A stretch of DNA of 64,000 nucleotides, taken from positions 32,240,001 through 32,304,000 of the forward strand of contig NC_043002.1 of NCBI RefSeq assembly GCF_006345805.1, given 5' to 3'. The notes beneath the pieces were generated by a model. That model made no database searches and was not told the origin of the DNA. It saw only the letters and a list, made by a program, of their open reading frames with translations. Position numbers and translations under genes: made by a program. Positions within the stretch are counted from its first letter, which is position 1. Each line of letters starts with the position of its first letter. Positions 13,174 to 27,273 of the stretch are shown here, one piece after another. Origin of the DNA: Octopus sinensis. Taxonomy: Eukaryota.

Positions 13174-13548
13174 GAGGGGAGAGAAAAAGAATATGAGGGG
13201 GTTTAGTCTACTTGTGATCTAAACGAATAGGTACGTTCGATAAGTACTATAGTTGGTCGGCCATTAGGTTCCAAGAACACAGCTAAGACTGGATCTAGGG
13301 ATCCATGCTAGGGCTGCATTATGGCATGTATATATTGTATTTGGGGAAAAATTAAAACCAAGCCAGAACGAGTACCTCAAGTCATTTAGAATAATTTAAT
13401 TCGGCAAAAGTGAATTCCAAGTCTTACAGCTGTTTCTGGTATAGCCCAAGTGGTAGATTAGCATGTCCACTGGTTATTCCGTCACCACGACTTGAGATAG
13501 TCGTTTTGCCTTGGTTTTGATTTTTCCTCATATATAATAATGTATATT

Positions 13549-13712
13549 TGGCTGTGTAGTAAGTAGTTTACTTACCAGCCACATGGTTTCGGGTTCTCAT
13601 CCCACTGCGGGGCACCTTGGGGGAGAGTCTTCTACTACAGCCTCGGGCCGACTGAAGCCTTGTGAGTGGATTTGGTAAATGGAAACTGAAGAAAGCCCGT
13701 CGTGTATATATA

Positions 13713-13802
<90 letters not shown>

Positions 13803-13815
13803 TATATATATGTAC

Positions 13816-13846
<31 letters not shown>

Positions 13847-14075
13847 TGTATGTGTGTGTGTGTATGTTTGTATTTGTGTTTGTCCCCCAACATCGCTTGG
13901 CAACCGATGCTGGTATGTTTACATCCCCGTAACCTAGCACTTCGACAAAAGCAACCGACAGAATAAGTACTAGGCTTGCAAAGAATAAGTCCTGGAGTCG
14001 ATTTGCTCGACTAAAGGCAGTGCTCCAGCATGGCTGCAGTCAAATGACTAAAACAAGTAAAAGATTGAAAGAATA
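13549..14075 (+). mobile_element. tRNA-derived SINE family B with an internal microsatellite
   Basis: Head TGGCTGTGTAGTAAG, body GGCACCTTGG...GGAAACTGAAG, internal (TA)/(TGTA)n, tail CTCCAGCATGGCTGCAGTCAAATGACT. Other copies at 17770-17915, 25110-25600 and 45168-45561. Confidence 0.85.
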
Positions 14076-15449
14076 AAATAATACATACGTGTATTAGAAT
14101 CTGCAAAAGGAATGATGGACACAATATGCACATCATATTCTATTGTATGAATGGTATTGATGAATCGTAGAGTATCGCTCTGTATTACATGTCATGTGGT
14201 TCGTAACTTCTATATTTTGTTAAGAAACTTAATAAATCCACGGGGATTGATAATTTTTGTTATAGGAAACGTATTTCCAAGCTGTCATTCACAATGATAC
14301 AAGAGATATTCTCTTTAATTTGATTGTCTGAGTGGACAGTCATGTCCTAGACACTGATTACTTTAATGCTTTCACAATCTTATTGTGATATGTTCTGATG
14401 TTATGTTTCATGCAATGAAACCTGATAGCCTTGACAAGCCGTCTAACATCAACATACACTAATTCCAATAGATATCTGGTTCTTGTACAAAAATGTTTTT
14501 ATTAGAATATTGCAATAGAGTTTCAGTGTAATCGGGCGGCGTGTTTTGTCCTTGAGCAAAGCGCAGCATTTCATATTGCTTTAGTACATTCAGCTGAAAA
14601 TGAGTATAAGCCTAGTACAACCCTCTCTTTGTCGGTCCCTCTCTGTGTATCTGTCTGTCTATCTGTCTCTCACTTCCTTTATTTCTTTCTGTCTTTCTCT
14701 CTCTCCCGCTCTCTCTCCCTGCTTGTTATATAACATTTTGAATATTCCACTGGATCAGGAGGTCGGAGAGCTGCACGGGAGACAAAGACTGCAATTAGCG
14801 AAATTTTGATACATCACTTCTGAATAAATGTTATGGTCGGTTACAATAATCGAAGTATTGTGATCAATGATTGTTCATATTCGTCAACTATGTAAAGCCA
14901 AAGTTTACAATAAATCCTTACATAATTTAGCTTAACATAGTACAACTAAAATGATTGAAAGATTGTTATCGAATGCCTCCGCTCAGGAAACCGATCCTCT
15001 AACACCACCCATCTATTATCAACGTTCAGGATATTTTTACTTATCCAACATTTCGATCTGTTCGATCTGAAATCATCGTTATATTCTGCAATATGTTGTT
15101 TATTTTGAAAATGGATTTGGACTTGGATTCCATATTTCTATATAGTAGTTATTAACATTATGATCAATTAACATTCTGATCCAGTGAAGTAATTATAGCT
15201 TGGCTGAATTTAACTTTGACCGTACAGTAATGGCAGCTATCTTCAGCTGAAGCTATTTCTAGATTTACTGTCTGTGATCTCTAAGCGCTATAATTACTGT
15301 TTCTTGGTCTTTACCGATTTCCTGCTGCAATTTATTTTATAATGAAAACTTCAATCCCCGTTTGTATATTGTTAACAATCTCACATTAAATGTGATCAGT
15401 TATGCCTGCACTTAATTTTTCCCCTCTTCATCAGGCCATCTGTTTTTCT

Positions 15450-16100
15450 CTTTGTATTCTTATTCATTGACCGTCAGGTTTTCCACTGTAGGCGACGTAA
15501 AAAACAACGTATCTTTATTAATGGGATTCTTTCAATTCGTATCCTCAATAGTTTTTTCTCGACGCAGTTCTGAGACCAGATACTCCGCATGTCAACTGTT
15601 TCCAGTTCTTGTTCATCTGGATTTTCTAGACAAAATCAAACTCCGAACTATATAACTAGTCTGTCCATCCAGCACCTCAAAACATTCCTCGTCAGGTAGC
15701 GGGCTGCAGGCCAAACGACTTCTGGGTAATTTTTACCCCTGTCACGACCTCATATTCTATTAGAGTAGAAACAATCAACGCGATGTATTTGATGCCCAAC
15801 AAGCACTATTACGATGACATCGTTAGCATATGCAAACCTAGATTCTCGTGGGATGCAAAGTGCTGCAGTAGTTAGTCTATGGCCATTATGACACAAGGTG
15901 GTCATTCACTCTGATCAGTGAGCAAATGTCGTTGTAAGTTATAGCACACATGTTCATGGAATTAAGTTGTATACGACACTCCGAATCTGTCAATAAGCGA
16001 AATGTGGATCCGACATCACTTTGGACATATGCAATCCAGACCAATTGAACGGTTTTCTTTCCTTGTGTCTTAAAGTATGCGCCCTAGCAAATACCATGAT
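15450..16100 (-). mobile_element. Decayed L1/Tx1-clade RT fragment
   Basis: Minus frames give FAYANDVIVIV (YADD-like), EYEVVTGVKITQKSFGLQ (cf. YEAVTGAKINREKSVGLQ) and IQMNKNW. Confidence 0.6.
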
Positions 16101-16954
16101 TAACTGAAACGATGAAATATATAAAAAATGAAGACTTTGTATATAGTTCTCATTCAGTAACAGGAAACATTATGACTAAGCTCCTGTGTCATATGATTAT
16201 CTAAGCCAGGAATATTTTAACGTGATAGTACCTGTGGTTTTCATTTTCTTCTATGATCGTTGCCTTTGTGTTAGTTAATAGAAAACCAGTTAGAAGTATG
16301 ACGTAAGGAAATTGAATTTGAGACTCATCTGCCATCACCTTTTCATGAATAACCTTAACCATATGCTGCAAATATTGATGATGTCTCTACATGAAAGGCA
16401 AGTAATTTCGCAGCAATTTTATGATGATATTTAGGCTGGATGAATGCAAGAAGAGGATAATAAAACGACGTAAATTAGCAAACCATGCTGTTGGTTTGTA
16501 ACTGTACGAATGGGAGATCATGCAAAGTAAGACAATATCACTTTCTGTATGTAATTGAACATAAATGAAGTTAAAATTGCGCGAAAGCTGAGCGAATAAG
16601 AATGAAAATGGGAATTCGAAAGTCAAAACTACTCTTGAAATTCATTTCAACGACAAGAGCATTACCTGTAAAATTAACATACTTACAATTCCAGCCGTAG
16701 CAAACTGAAGTTTTAGATTCAAGCACTTTCGGTTTTAATAAACCGAAAAAGAGGACTTTCCTAACAAAACCACAACGAACGACACTTAACATCAAAGAGA
16801 ACATATTACGTTGGCAGCAATAACATGGTAGAGTATATACAATTTCAAAGCGCCAGTTGATGAAAGAAGTCATACACATGCGAGGTAACTCACCCTCAAT
16901 CCCATTTAGAAGGGATGCGATTGAGGGTGAGTTATTTCGCCTGTCATGCCTCGG

Positions 16955-17510
16955 CGTTGTTTTAATACCCGGTACTTTGAAAGTGTATATACTCTACAAC
17001 GTTCTTGCAGTCAGCGGAAAATACACGAAGTATATACTCTAAGTATATGTGGTTATAGTATATATTTATTATAGTAGAGCTGCTTTTATTTTATATGTGT
17101 ATATATATCTTATATAAAATCTGTTCTGTTTGTGGATTTGGTGTCTTCTAGGATCTCGGGCATCCTCAATCCGATTGCGCTCAAATTTGATATGTAGATA
17201 CCGACGGTATCAGGGCGTGTATAAGTCTTGAAAAAAATTACAAAAATCGATTCCAGGTAGAATGCGATCGATAAAGCAGTTTTTGTCTTGCTTTACTTCC
17301 GTCAACCGTACATAACTGCACCTTCCATTTTTTGCTGTTTTTGTACTGCTCAAAGGAACATTTCTTTCCTGCCAAGCTTATTGTTTAAACCATGTTTGTG
17401 TTCTGCCAGTCAACAGCCTTATCATTACTGGTACTTTAAACTCTTCGGTTGCATACTTGTGTGAATAAAATCGTTTTTGTTTTGAATAGAAAAAAGTCTA
17501 TCTTTATTTC
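16955..17510 (+). mobile_element. Possible Helentron/DINE-like non-autonomous element
   Basis: ttaatacccgg...ggttatag block, then atatatcttatataaaatctgttctgtttg and ccgattgcgctcaaatttg. Resemblance only; termini not resolved. Confidence 0.35.
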
Positions 17511-17625
17511 TTCTTTTGCTGGTGTCTCAAATTTAGGTTAAATTATGGGACGGTCGGACAAGTTGTTTTGAGAAAATTTGGTTTAAATGTTTGACACCAT
17601 CCATTGGACGGGGGTCGTTTTGCTC

Positions 17626-17668
<43 letters not shown>

Positions 17669-17694
17669 TGTATGTATGCATGTATGTATGTATG

Positions 17695-17728
<34 letters not shown>

Positions 17729-19078
17729 TGTATGTATGTATGTATGTACGTATGTATGTATTTGTGTGTATATGTTTGTGTCTGTGTTTGTCCCCCAAAA
17801 TCCCTTGACAACCGATGCTGGTGTGTTTACGTCCCCGTAATCTAGCAGTTCGATAATAAGTCCCGGAGTGGATTTGCTCGACTAAAGGCGGTGCTCCAGC
17901 ATGGCTGCAGTCAACTGATGGGAATAATTTATTGCCAACAACAAAAATGGCGTCCCCATGCTTTAACAAAAATTCTCTCCGTACTGAAATCTGAGAGCTT
18001 GGAAGATTGATAAGTGTAAGACGCGAAATTGGTACTTCTAGTTTATTATATAATGTTGTAACACAACTCTTTGTTTCATCATGATCTTAATATTACCTAA
18101 ATTTTATTATACAAACTTCCTGTGCGTTTTTTCATATTTTTCTTTCTTAAATATCTACAACCACGTGTAAACAAGATCTGACACCTTTATGTTATATATA
18201 TATATGTGAAAGCAAAAATGCTAGTCCTAAAATCTCCCCAAGAAATCAACGCAGTAGTTGTACTGACGAGTAATACTCGTAGCCACTTTAACATGGTTTC
18301 CGTTCCAGTGGACTCTATTGCCTGCTTGTTGCAAAATCAGTGACTGTGCGTTCTCTTGAAGTATATATATTGCGTGCAGAAGCGAGCTGTTATCATCTCT
18401 GGCAGAATTATTTATTTTAATTACAATAATAAGGTAATCCGAGCTCACTATAAAGCTCTAGAAAAGACATGTCACGTCACACTAGAATTGGTAGAATGGA
18501 GGTGGACTTATTCACGGAATTAAAAAAACAGGCACTCAGATGACATCAGTGATGTTAACAAAAGATGGGTGGCTAAAGTTTTATGGTTTGTTCAGCGGCT
18601 ACACCGCAGAAGAAAAGGATGAGGAGGAAGCTGTATTCATGCAGCCCCTTCCCAAGCTAAAAATATAATGCAATACGGTGTAGCCGGTGGACTTCACGGC
18701 GAAGGTTTAAAATGTTTTTTAATTAAATGTATACACGTCATCATATTTTTAGAAGTCATTTATGAACCCGTTAACACTTTTTGTTTGTGATGTCCTGTAG
18801 TGTCCTCTCTATCTCCGATGAATATTATCATAATAATGAATATATATTTGGCAGACGAGGTGTCCAGTACCTAGGAGTGGCAAAAATAGCCCGAAACCAG
18901 GACTTATCTACTGGTCCCTTCACTAGGGGAATGTAGGGTTTCGCTCCCCTGCTCGCAGTTTTATCAGATGCAGCTGTGCATCGTTAACCAGCTAGAGATG
19001 TTCTCTTGAGGTTAAAAAATCGCAGTAGAGTCCGCTCGAAAGGACAGCCATGTTAAAAGGACTACGAATATTACTTTG

Positions 19079-19112
<34 letters not shown>

Positions 19113-21479
19113 TATATTATATATATATATATATATTATATATATATATAATATATATACAAAGTTGCCCTGGTGTGGATAAAAAAATCTGCCGTAAGTG
19201 GTGCAACAAAGTTCAGCGTACAAGTTTGAACAGCTGGATACTGTAGACGAAACCTTGATGATTTCTGTAACATAGACTATTCTCGCCTTTGTGGGATATT
19301 TTCGGAAAGAGCACGACATGATGACTTTTATTTGCTACAGAGGAAGTCGATATAGGGATCTTTACGAAGAGAGAATGCAATGATGTTGGGATTTACATAA
19401 AATTAGATGAAAAAGAAAACTGGGTAGGAAAGATAACACGATAAGTACACACAGTATACCAAAATATATGAATACATGTCTCTTATAAACATCCTTATAT
19501 AGTACAGCCTCAAACTAGAAATAAGTAAGGAAACTCATATATACAAGATTATTTTTTTATACATTTATACCAGGGGCACAAGCAATCTCGTATCTATTTT
19601 CTTCAATATACAGACGCAAATTTAGAATAGCTCTATTCGCACTAACCATTTTGGCCATAGTCATCACACTTCCCTCTCCTCCCTCACTTACCTTTCCAAA
19701 TACAATATAAAAAAGAAATTTGAGGGCTTCATCGAAGAAGGAACAATCTCTCCTCCATTTCTGCATGGTCAACTGCGTTGCCTCTTTTGGTGTCGCAATC
19801 ATATACAGAAACATCTTCCCTATTAAATGAAAGATATACGGTAATCTTTGCAATGGAGCTGGCCGACAGCCACGCCGTCTGACATGCAGCAATAGCTGTT
19901 CGGCATAAATCTGCAAGGCCAGCCATGTCCAGACACTGCCAGTACGGTTTCGTCAGTCTGCGCGCATCTCAGGCAATTACCAGTTTCAGTCAATTGCAGG
20001 CTGTGGTAAAAAAGGTTTCCTAAAACGTTGCACAGTGAGATTGAGCCAGGGAAATCTTGATTTGCGAAGCGTGCTTCGTGATCACTGTCTGACTTGCTTG
20101 CATCCAGCTTCATAAACACACTGACTACAGATATACAGGCAAACACATGTGCATGTCACTGCGCATGACAAGCACGAACATATATACATATATAACGTGT
20201 AATGTGCATGTATATATATATATATATGTACATATATTTGTATATGTATATATATTTGCATGTATATGCATATATATGTATATCAATATTAGTATCTATA
20301 TATGTATATATTTGTATGTATACCTGTATATGAATGTATATATACATATATATGTGTGTATGTGTGTATACATATGTATATATACAAATTATATATATAT
20401 ATGTACATAACATGCAGACACTTGTGTGTATACGCATACATATGTACATACATTCATGCATATATACAAGCATGCATAGATGCATATATACATTTATACA
20501 TACATGTATACATACGTACATACATACATACATTTATTGATAGATACATATATACGTAAATGGGCATAGATATACGTAATTTTGCATGCATTTATCACCT
20601 TTTGAAGTAGATTTGGCGGGGGTGAAAAGTAAGGGAGACAGCTTGTATAAAAGAAAGAAAGGTAGAAATGCAGAGAAAGCATGTGGAAATGAGAAAGAGA
20701 AATAGGTGGAAATAGAGAGAAAAAGAAAGAGAGAAAGATACAGAAAGATAATGTGAGAAGAGAAGGAACAGAAATTATGATCTTAAGATCATCTTAAGAC
20801 CAAACCGAAAAGAAAACACAAAATCCACCCACCCGAGGACGTATTCTGTTAAGAGGTTGGATTAATGCATTAAGTGAAAACCTCTTGATGTGAAAACCTC
20901 TCCAAAGTTTTTGATGCTGAAAAGGTTAGAAAAGTTAGTAAGATAATGGATATAGCTCTCTGTTCATTAGTTTGGAACTGATTGCCTAATGCAATCATTT
21001 AGCCTACTTTTATGCAACCATATTACATTACACAGTCCAAACTTATTCCAGTGTTACTCTAGATAACATTATTACTAATAACTAGATTTCGTATGCCATA
21101 ACCAACGTAGTCAATACTTTATAAACCGTTGAGCAAGCTAAATCCTTCAACCGGCACCTGTTACGGTCTGTAGCTATTTGATTCCATTAAACTGTGTCGC
21201 CGAAAAGAAAAGACACGAAACTGAAACAAATTCTAAACTCTGAATTCGCTGTAAATATTTCTAAAGAAATAACTCAATATAATACACTTTAAAAGTAAAT
21301 TTAAACATGAGTTCAAATTCGGCTTAAGTAGTTGCATTTGATTTACTTAGAATTCATCTGAGATATTATTGCATTAAAAGTAAAAGAAGCTTACATTATC
21401 TTTCACAAATCTCCTTTTATAGATATGCACATTATATACAATCTCATTTTTCTCCTAATCCAGATTGTACCCTCTACGA

Positions 21480-22160
21480 CATCGTTAGCAACGCACATTT
21501 GTTACTAAAATTGAAATAAACCTGGTTATACATATATCAAGAGTTTGGCCCGTCACATCAACTATCCTCTCTTTGTTTGCTCCATGTAATCTCTTTGAAG
21601 TTTTTTAGCACTATGACCTGTATCCGATCAACCAAAATTTACAACTCATTTTGCGAAGAAGCACTCCTACTTTACGAATACGCGGTGTTCCTATGACCTC
21701 TAATAATACCACCTATTCTCTTATTTTCTGCTCAACTTATCGTTGCCTTACAAGTTTGCATGTTCTACTGTAGCTGTGTAAATGCTTGTATCAATAATTA
21801 AAATACTCTGCACTTCACCTGCCTGGTATTACATCGGCTGCTTGTATATCATCCTATCACCTTTTACACCGAACTTCTCTTTTATTGATTAACTGACGTC
21901 ACACTTTTCCCTCCATGTTTTTCTATTGCTTTGCCGTACACCCTCATTTTTCAACCCAATCACTTTTTATTCCAGACCTCTTTCTTCATTCTCCTAACTA
22001 TCACAGACCATACGGTCACTAGCATTACTTCCTCACCGCTCCAAGTCTCTGTAAAATAATCTATTCACTCTCGATCCCCACCAACCAGTCATTTTAATCG
22101 CACTCTTTTGAAGAGTCTTAGCATATACCTCATCTTATCCACTCCATACAACAAAGAGTA
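21480..22160 (-). mobile_element. Decayed RTE-clade LINE fragment (endonuclease C-terminal region)
   Basis: Broken minus frames ..DRMVCD...KVIGLKNE resemble QHRLLVCD...WWKLKDE. Many stops. Confidence 0.4.
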
Positions 22161-22704
22161 AAACAATGATACTCAACACACTCTCGTTAATTTTCTATTA
22201 TCATTGTTGACGACGCCATTTCTCCTCAGTCTCCTTCGAATTCGGATTTCTCTAATATCCGGATGAAAACTCCGAATACGTTATGAAATATCTCTGATAT
22301 ATACATAACTTCTAATGTTTAAAACAAAAGGAATTTTTATCTACAAATTGCAAAACTAATAGAATTTCATTTAGATATCACCTTCACTTTGTACATCTAT
22401 CAGATAGCTGTGGTGTTCGGAATCTAAAATCCGGTGTGTAAAATGCTGAATCTGAAATATATGTTTCTCCCATATTTTAAGGGATGCTCACGATTAGAAA
22501 GCCTTTGATTACTGGCTGAAGATACACCTTTCTAACCTATGATCTGAAGAGTATATTATTTTCTCCAACTTGTATCTCCAGTTGCTGCATGTTTAACTTT
22601 TAAATAGCTGACATCGCATGGGTGAGAGTAATTAATTTCAGTCATTTTGCTTAATTTAATTGAATTAAATTATCTATACTCTACTTCGGTATAGACACAC
22701 ACAC

Positions 22705-22733
<29 letters not shown>

Positions 22734-22736
<3 letters not shown>

Positions 22737-22956
22737 TCCTTTACTGCCCACAAGGGGTTAAACATAGAGGGGGCAAACAAGGACAGACAAAGGGATTAAG
22801 TCGATTACATCGATCCCAGTGCGAAACTGGTACTTAATTTATGGACCCCAAAAGAATGAAAGGCAAAGTCGGCCTCGGCGGAATTTGAACTCAGAACGTA
22901 GCGGCCAACGAACCACCGCTAAGCATTTAGCCCGGCGTGCTAAGGCTTCAGCCAGC
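22734..22956 (-). mobile_element. SINE family A (long tail)
   Basis: Same core and B box; tail gtttgtctgtccttgtttgccc...gcccc. Confidence 0.85.
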
Positions 22957-23019
22957 CCAATGCTTTTCGTCAGAATTGTTGTAGAATATTTGAATATTTC
23001 TTTCTAATTTTATCACACG

Positions 23020-23210
23020 GTCAGCAATTTCGGGGAAGAGGCAAGTCGATTAAATCTACGACAGTGTTTAACTGGTGCTTATTTTATCGATTCCGAAAGA
23101 ATGAAAGGCTATGTCGACCTTGGCGCAATTCAAACTCACAACGTAAAGACCGGCGAAACGCCACAAATCATTTTGTTTAGCGTGTAAACGATTCTGTCGG
23201 CTCGCCGTCC
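23020..23210 (-). mobile_element. SINE family A, diverged (short tail)
   Basis: Core gaatgaaaggc..gtcgacct and head gctcgcc. Confidence 0.7.
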
Positions 23211-24553
23211 TTTTAGTTTTGTAGAATATCGTATACATATAAAATATTTAGGGAACGGGGAATAGTAGAAAGAGAAGAGAAGACACAAGGTGGTTTTGAA
23301 CGAGCAGAGAGTTGTGCAGTAAATGAAATAATCTCTTAAAATTTAAGATATGTAAGTTTATAAAGAAGCAAAAACTATGTACGTATTATAAAACTTTATG
23401 TAATAAATATTATGCACCAACCGTTATAAGTGAGTAAATGTTTATGGCTGAAATCTTATTCTGTAAAAACATATACTTAGTTTTCGTTTGGTGTTTGTGA
23501 TTTAAGAGAGACCAAAACAAGCGTATAATAAATAAATTTTCATTAATTTATTCATAAACTATATCAAAAACCCATTCTCTCGCGTTATCTAATATTTAAA
23601 TTAAGGACGTTTCTCTTGTTTGTTGTATCAAAGTGTTGTATCGTAGAAGATTAATATATTGCAAGATACTGTACAAATAAATGCAATAGCTAAATATTTA
23701 TAAGTACATAAAAATTCTAATGTCTTGAAGTACCGGATATAAAAATTACTAATTGGAAGGTTCTGTCTTTCTGTTACAACGATTATTCGAAAGAAATACT
23801 GTTTACGAAAACAAATTGAATAGTAAAGGTATTACAGGAAAATCATTCATTATAATTTCAGACAGCCAAAAATATGGAATTATTGAAAGAGCATAGTGAA
23901 AAAAAAAATCATAACAATAAATAAATAAATAAAAGAAGTATTTATAAAAAAAAGTCATTTTAGTTACAAAGGATGTCACTCCTATTGCCTTTAAGGATCA
24001 GATGTACTTGACAAGGAGTTTTGAAATTTGGATCGTTCTGTATCCCCCATGCAGACCACTGCAGCGTTGTGAGTGTTAAGTGAATATTTCAAAAGAAAAT
24101 TCCATGAATCTTATGTGCATCATAGATACGACACAAGCTTGGTAGATAGCTTAAGCCTCAAACAGAAATTAACACGTAGTTGACATCAATATATGTGTTA
24201 ATTGTTTTTGTGTCACGAAATAAAATTAATATGTCATCTGCTGTAAGCTGGTCTTGAATGAATGAAAATACTAAATGTCTGGAGGTTCGAATGAAGTTCA
24301 TGTCAATCCAATTCATGCCACCAAAAGAGCATTTCTACTCACAGCGGTGCAGCACACTGTAAATTACATTCAGTAGTTCATCGAAGTTCAACTACTGTAA
24401 ACTTAACTGGCATTCTACAATTCAAGATGTAGATAGCTGAGGAGTATTTGCCCTACAAAGTTTACGAATATTTTACAATAATATATTCATTCATTGTTCG
24501 CCCCAATTTGTTTCTGTTATATTACATTAAGCCATATATATATATATATATAT

Positions 24554-25242
24554 GTATATATTATAAGAAATAATATGACTGACACTGACTGGTAGTTATG
24601 TATGTATGTATGTATGTAGTATGTATGTATGTATGTATGTATGTATGTATGTATGCATGCATGTATATATGTATGTGTGGATGGATGGATGGATGGATAA
24701 TATGGGCTTGTAAAGTATTTATTACACAACTGTTTTATACAAGGCTTACCAACCACATGGTTCCGAGTTCAGTCCCACTGCGTGGCACCTTGGACAAGTG
24801 TCTTCTACTATAGCCTCGGGTCGACCAAAGCCTTGTGTGTAGATTTGGTTGACGGAAGCTGAAAGTAGCCCCTCGTATATATGTATATATATAATATATA
24901 TATATATTATATATATATATGTATATATTATAAGAAATAATATGACTGACACTGACTGGTAGTTATGTATGTATGTATGTATGTATGTATGTATGTATGT
25001 ATGTATGTATGTATGTATGTATGCATGCATGTATATATGTATGTGTGGATGGATGGATGGATGGATAATATGGGCTTGTAAAGTATTTATTACACAACTG
25101 TTTTATACAAGGCTTACCAACCACATGGTTCCGAGTTCAGTCCCACTGCGTGGCACCTTGGACAGGTGTCTTCTACTATAGCCTCGGGTCGACCAAAGCC
25201 TTGTGTGTAGATTTGGTTGACGGAAGCTGAAAGTAGCCCCTC

Positions 25243-25250
<8 letters not shown>
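24554..25250 (+). repeat. Near-identical tandem duplication, period about 367 bp, containing the 5' half of a SINE B
   Basis: gtatatattataagaaataatatgactgac at 24554 and 24921. Both copies end cccctcg-(TA)n. Confidence 0.9.
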
Positions 25251-25316
<66 letters not shown>

Positions 25317-25899
25317 CGTGTGTGTGTGTGTGTGTATGTGTGTGTGTGGTGTGTGTGTGTGTGTGTGTATGTGTGTGTGTGTGTGTGTGTGTATGTGTTT
25401 GTATGTCTGTGTTTGTCTCCTCACATCGTTTGACAACCGATGCTGGTGTTTTTACGTCCCCATAACTTAGCGGTTCGGCGAAAGAGACTGGGAGAATAAG
25501 TACTAGGCTTACAAAGAATAAGCCCTGGGTTCGATTTGCTCGACTAAAGGCGGTGCTCCAGCATGGCCGCAGTCAAATGACTGAAACAAGTAACAGAGTA
25601 AGATTTACTGCACGACTATATGTTGTAAGCACTCACAACTATTTCTCCACCGTTCTTTTACTTTCTATCATAACAATCCTACTAGATCATAACACCTTAA
25701 CATTTTTTATGCACATAATATACTGCCAAGAACTGCAACCAAATGTTTTTCCTAACTTTTGAAGTTACGTCTGATGATGTATATATTTATGTATGTATGT
25801 ATGTATGTATGTATGTATGTATGTATGTATGTATGCATATATGTCCATGTGTATGTATAGATATATAGATGTAAGTAATTTATGTGTATATGTACATGT

Positions 25900-26220
25900 G
25901 AAGGTGCGTGATTTGGTGGTTAGGGTATTCGGCCCACGATCGTAAGGTCGAGAGTTCGATTTACGCTGTTGCATTGTGTCCTTGAGCAAGTTTCTTTATT
26001 TCACGTTACCTCAGTCCAACCAGCAGGGACAAAGTGTGTAGCACCAGTCTTTCAAAGGGTCAGACATGTGACGTTCTGTGTCACGCTTAGTCTCCCTGCG
26101 AACAACATAAGGGTACTCGAGTCTATGAAGTCCTCAACCGCTTGCACATTAATTTCACGAGGAGGTTTTTTTGCTTATTGGATCAACTGAAATACCCGTT
26201 GTCGTACCCGATGGAGTGCC
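25900..26220 (+). mobile_element. tRNA-derived SINE family D (CORE/MIR-like tgtgtccttgagcaag)
   Basis: A-box-like tttggtggttaggg, B box gagttcgatt and core tgtgtccttgagcaag. A diverged copy lies at about 47998-48290. Confidence 0.7.
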
Positions 26221-27229
26221 TTTTAGATAGAGTCGCCATGCTTGACCGCTAAATCTACAGTGTTTTTATTCATTCGCTCTCTGTTTTCTTTCTGTTATTC
26301 CTTTCTGTTGAAGAGCGTAGACTGGAAACGTAAAGACGTTTTCATTTTTCATTTTCACGAGCGTCAAACCTGGTTGTTGTTCATACACCTGTCTTCGTCT
26401 TTTGTTTTGCTATAAATTTCATCTCTATATATGTTTATATGTATGTGTATATATATATATATATATTTGTGTGTGCGTGTGTGTGTGTTTGCGCGTATGT
26501 GTGTTGTGTGTGTAAGTATGTGTGTATGCATGTGTGTGTGTGTGTGGACGCATGTATGGTTGGACGAGTGGAAGGATGGATGGATGGATGGATGAACGAA
26601 TGAAATGATTGATAGATATTACGCGATGTTCTCGACAGGCAAGTAATTCAATCTGAAAGCGTGCTTTGAAATTGAACCATTACATACAAGTGCATACGTA
26701 TGTGTAGATACATACATACCTAAATCTATCACTACACACACACACAAACACATACATTGTATATATATATACAAACACCACGTATATAAATATATGTATA
26801 GGAAGCGGATTTGTGAATCGTCCTGTGTTCAGAAGCTACGAGTAATATTGACAATTCAATAGCTTGAATTGTACCGCATTGGTTCTTGGTTGTTATAAAT
26901 AAGGGAGCAAGCTACCAGAGTGACAACACGTACCTGGAAATGAAGGCATAAACCTCAGTAGGCCGGGCCAAATGTTTAGCGGCATTTCGTCAATCGTTAC
27001 GTTCTGAGTTCATATTCAGCCGAGGTCGACTTTCCTTTTCATTCTTTCAGAGTAATAAGTACCGTTTGAGCACTAGATTCAATGTATTCGATTTAACACT
27101 TTCACCGAAATTGCCTGCTTTGGACCAAAATTTGAAATTAATATGCATTTGGAATCACCTGAAGGAAAGATTGATCAAATGTAAAACTTTATAGTATACC
27201 ATGAAGGGAATTCGATGATTTTTAATCTA

Positions 27230-27269
<40 letters not shown>

Positions 27270-27273
27270 TATA

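Noticed and set aside
18596-18686. 11-bp perfect inverted repeat CGGCTACACCG/CGGTGTAGCCG
   Set aside because: Short enough to occur by chance in 64 kb; no recognisable ribozyme or TE structure.
23960-24500. pogo-type DDE remnant
   Set aside because: The similarity (..EYFKRKFHE..) is too short and broken to call.
26830-26940. Candidate exon 3 with YNN after a tttccag acceptor
   Set aside because: The required phase contains a stop and the YNN lies in another frame.
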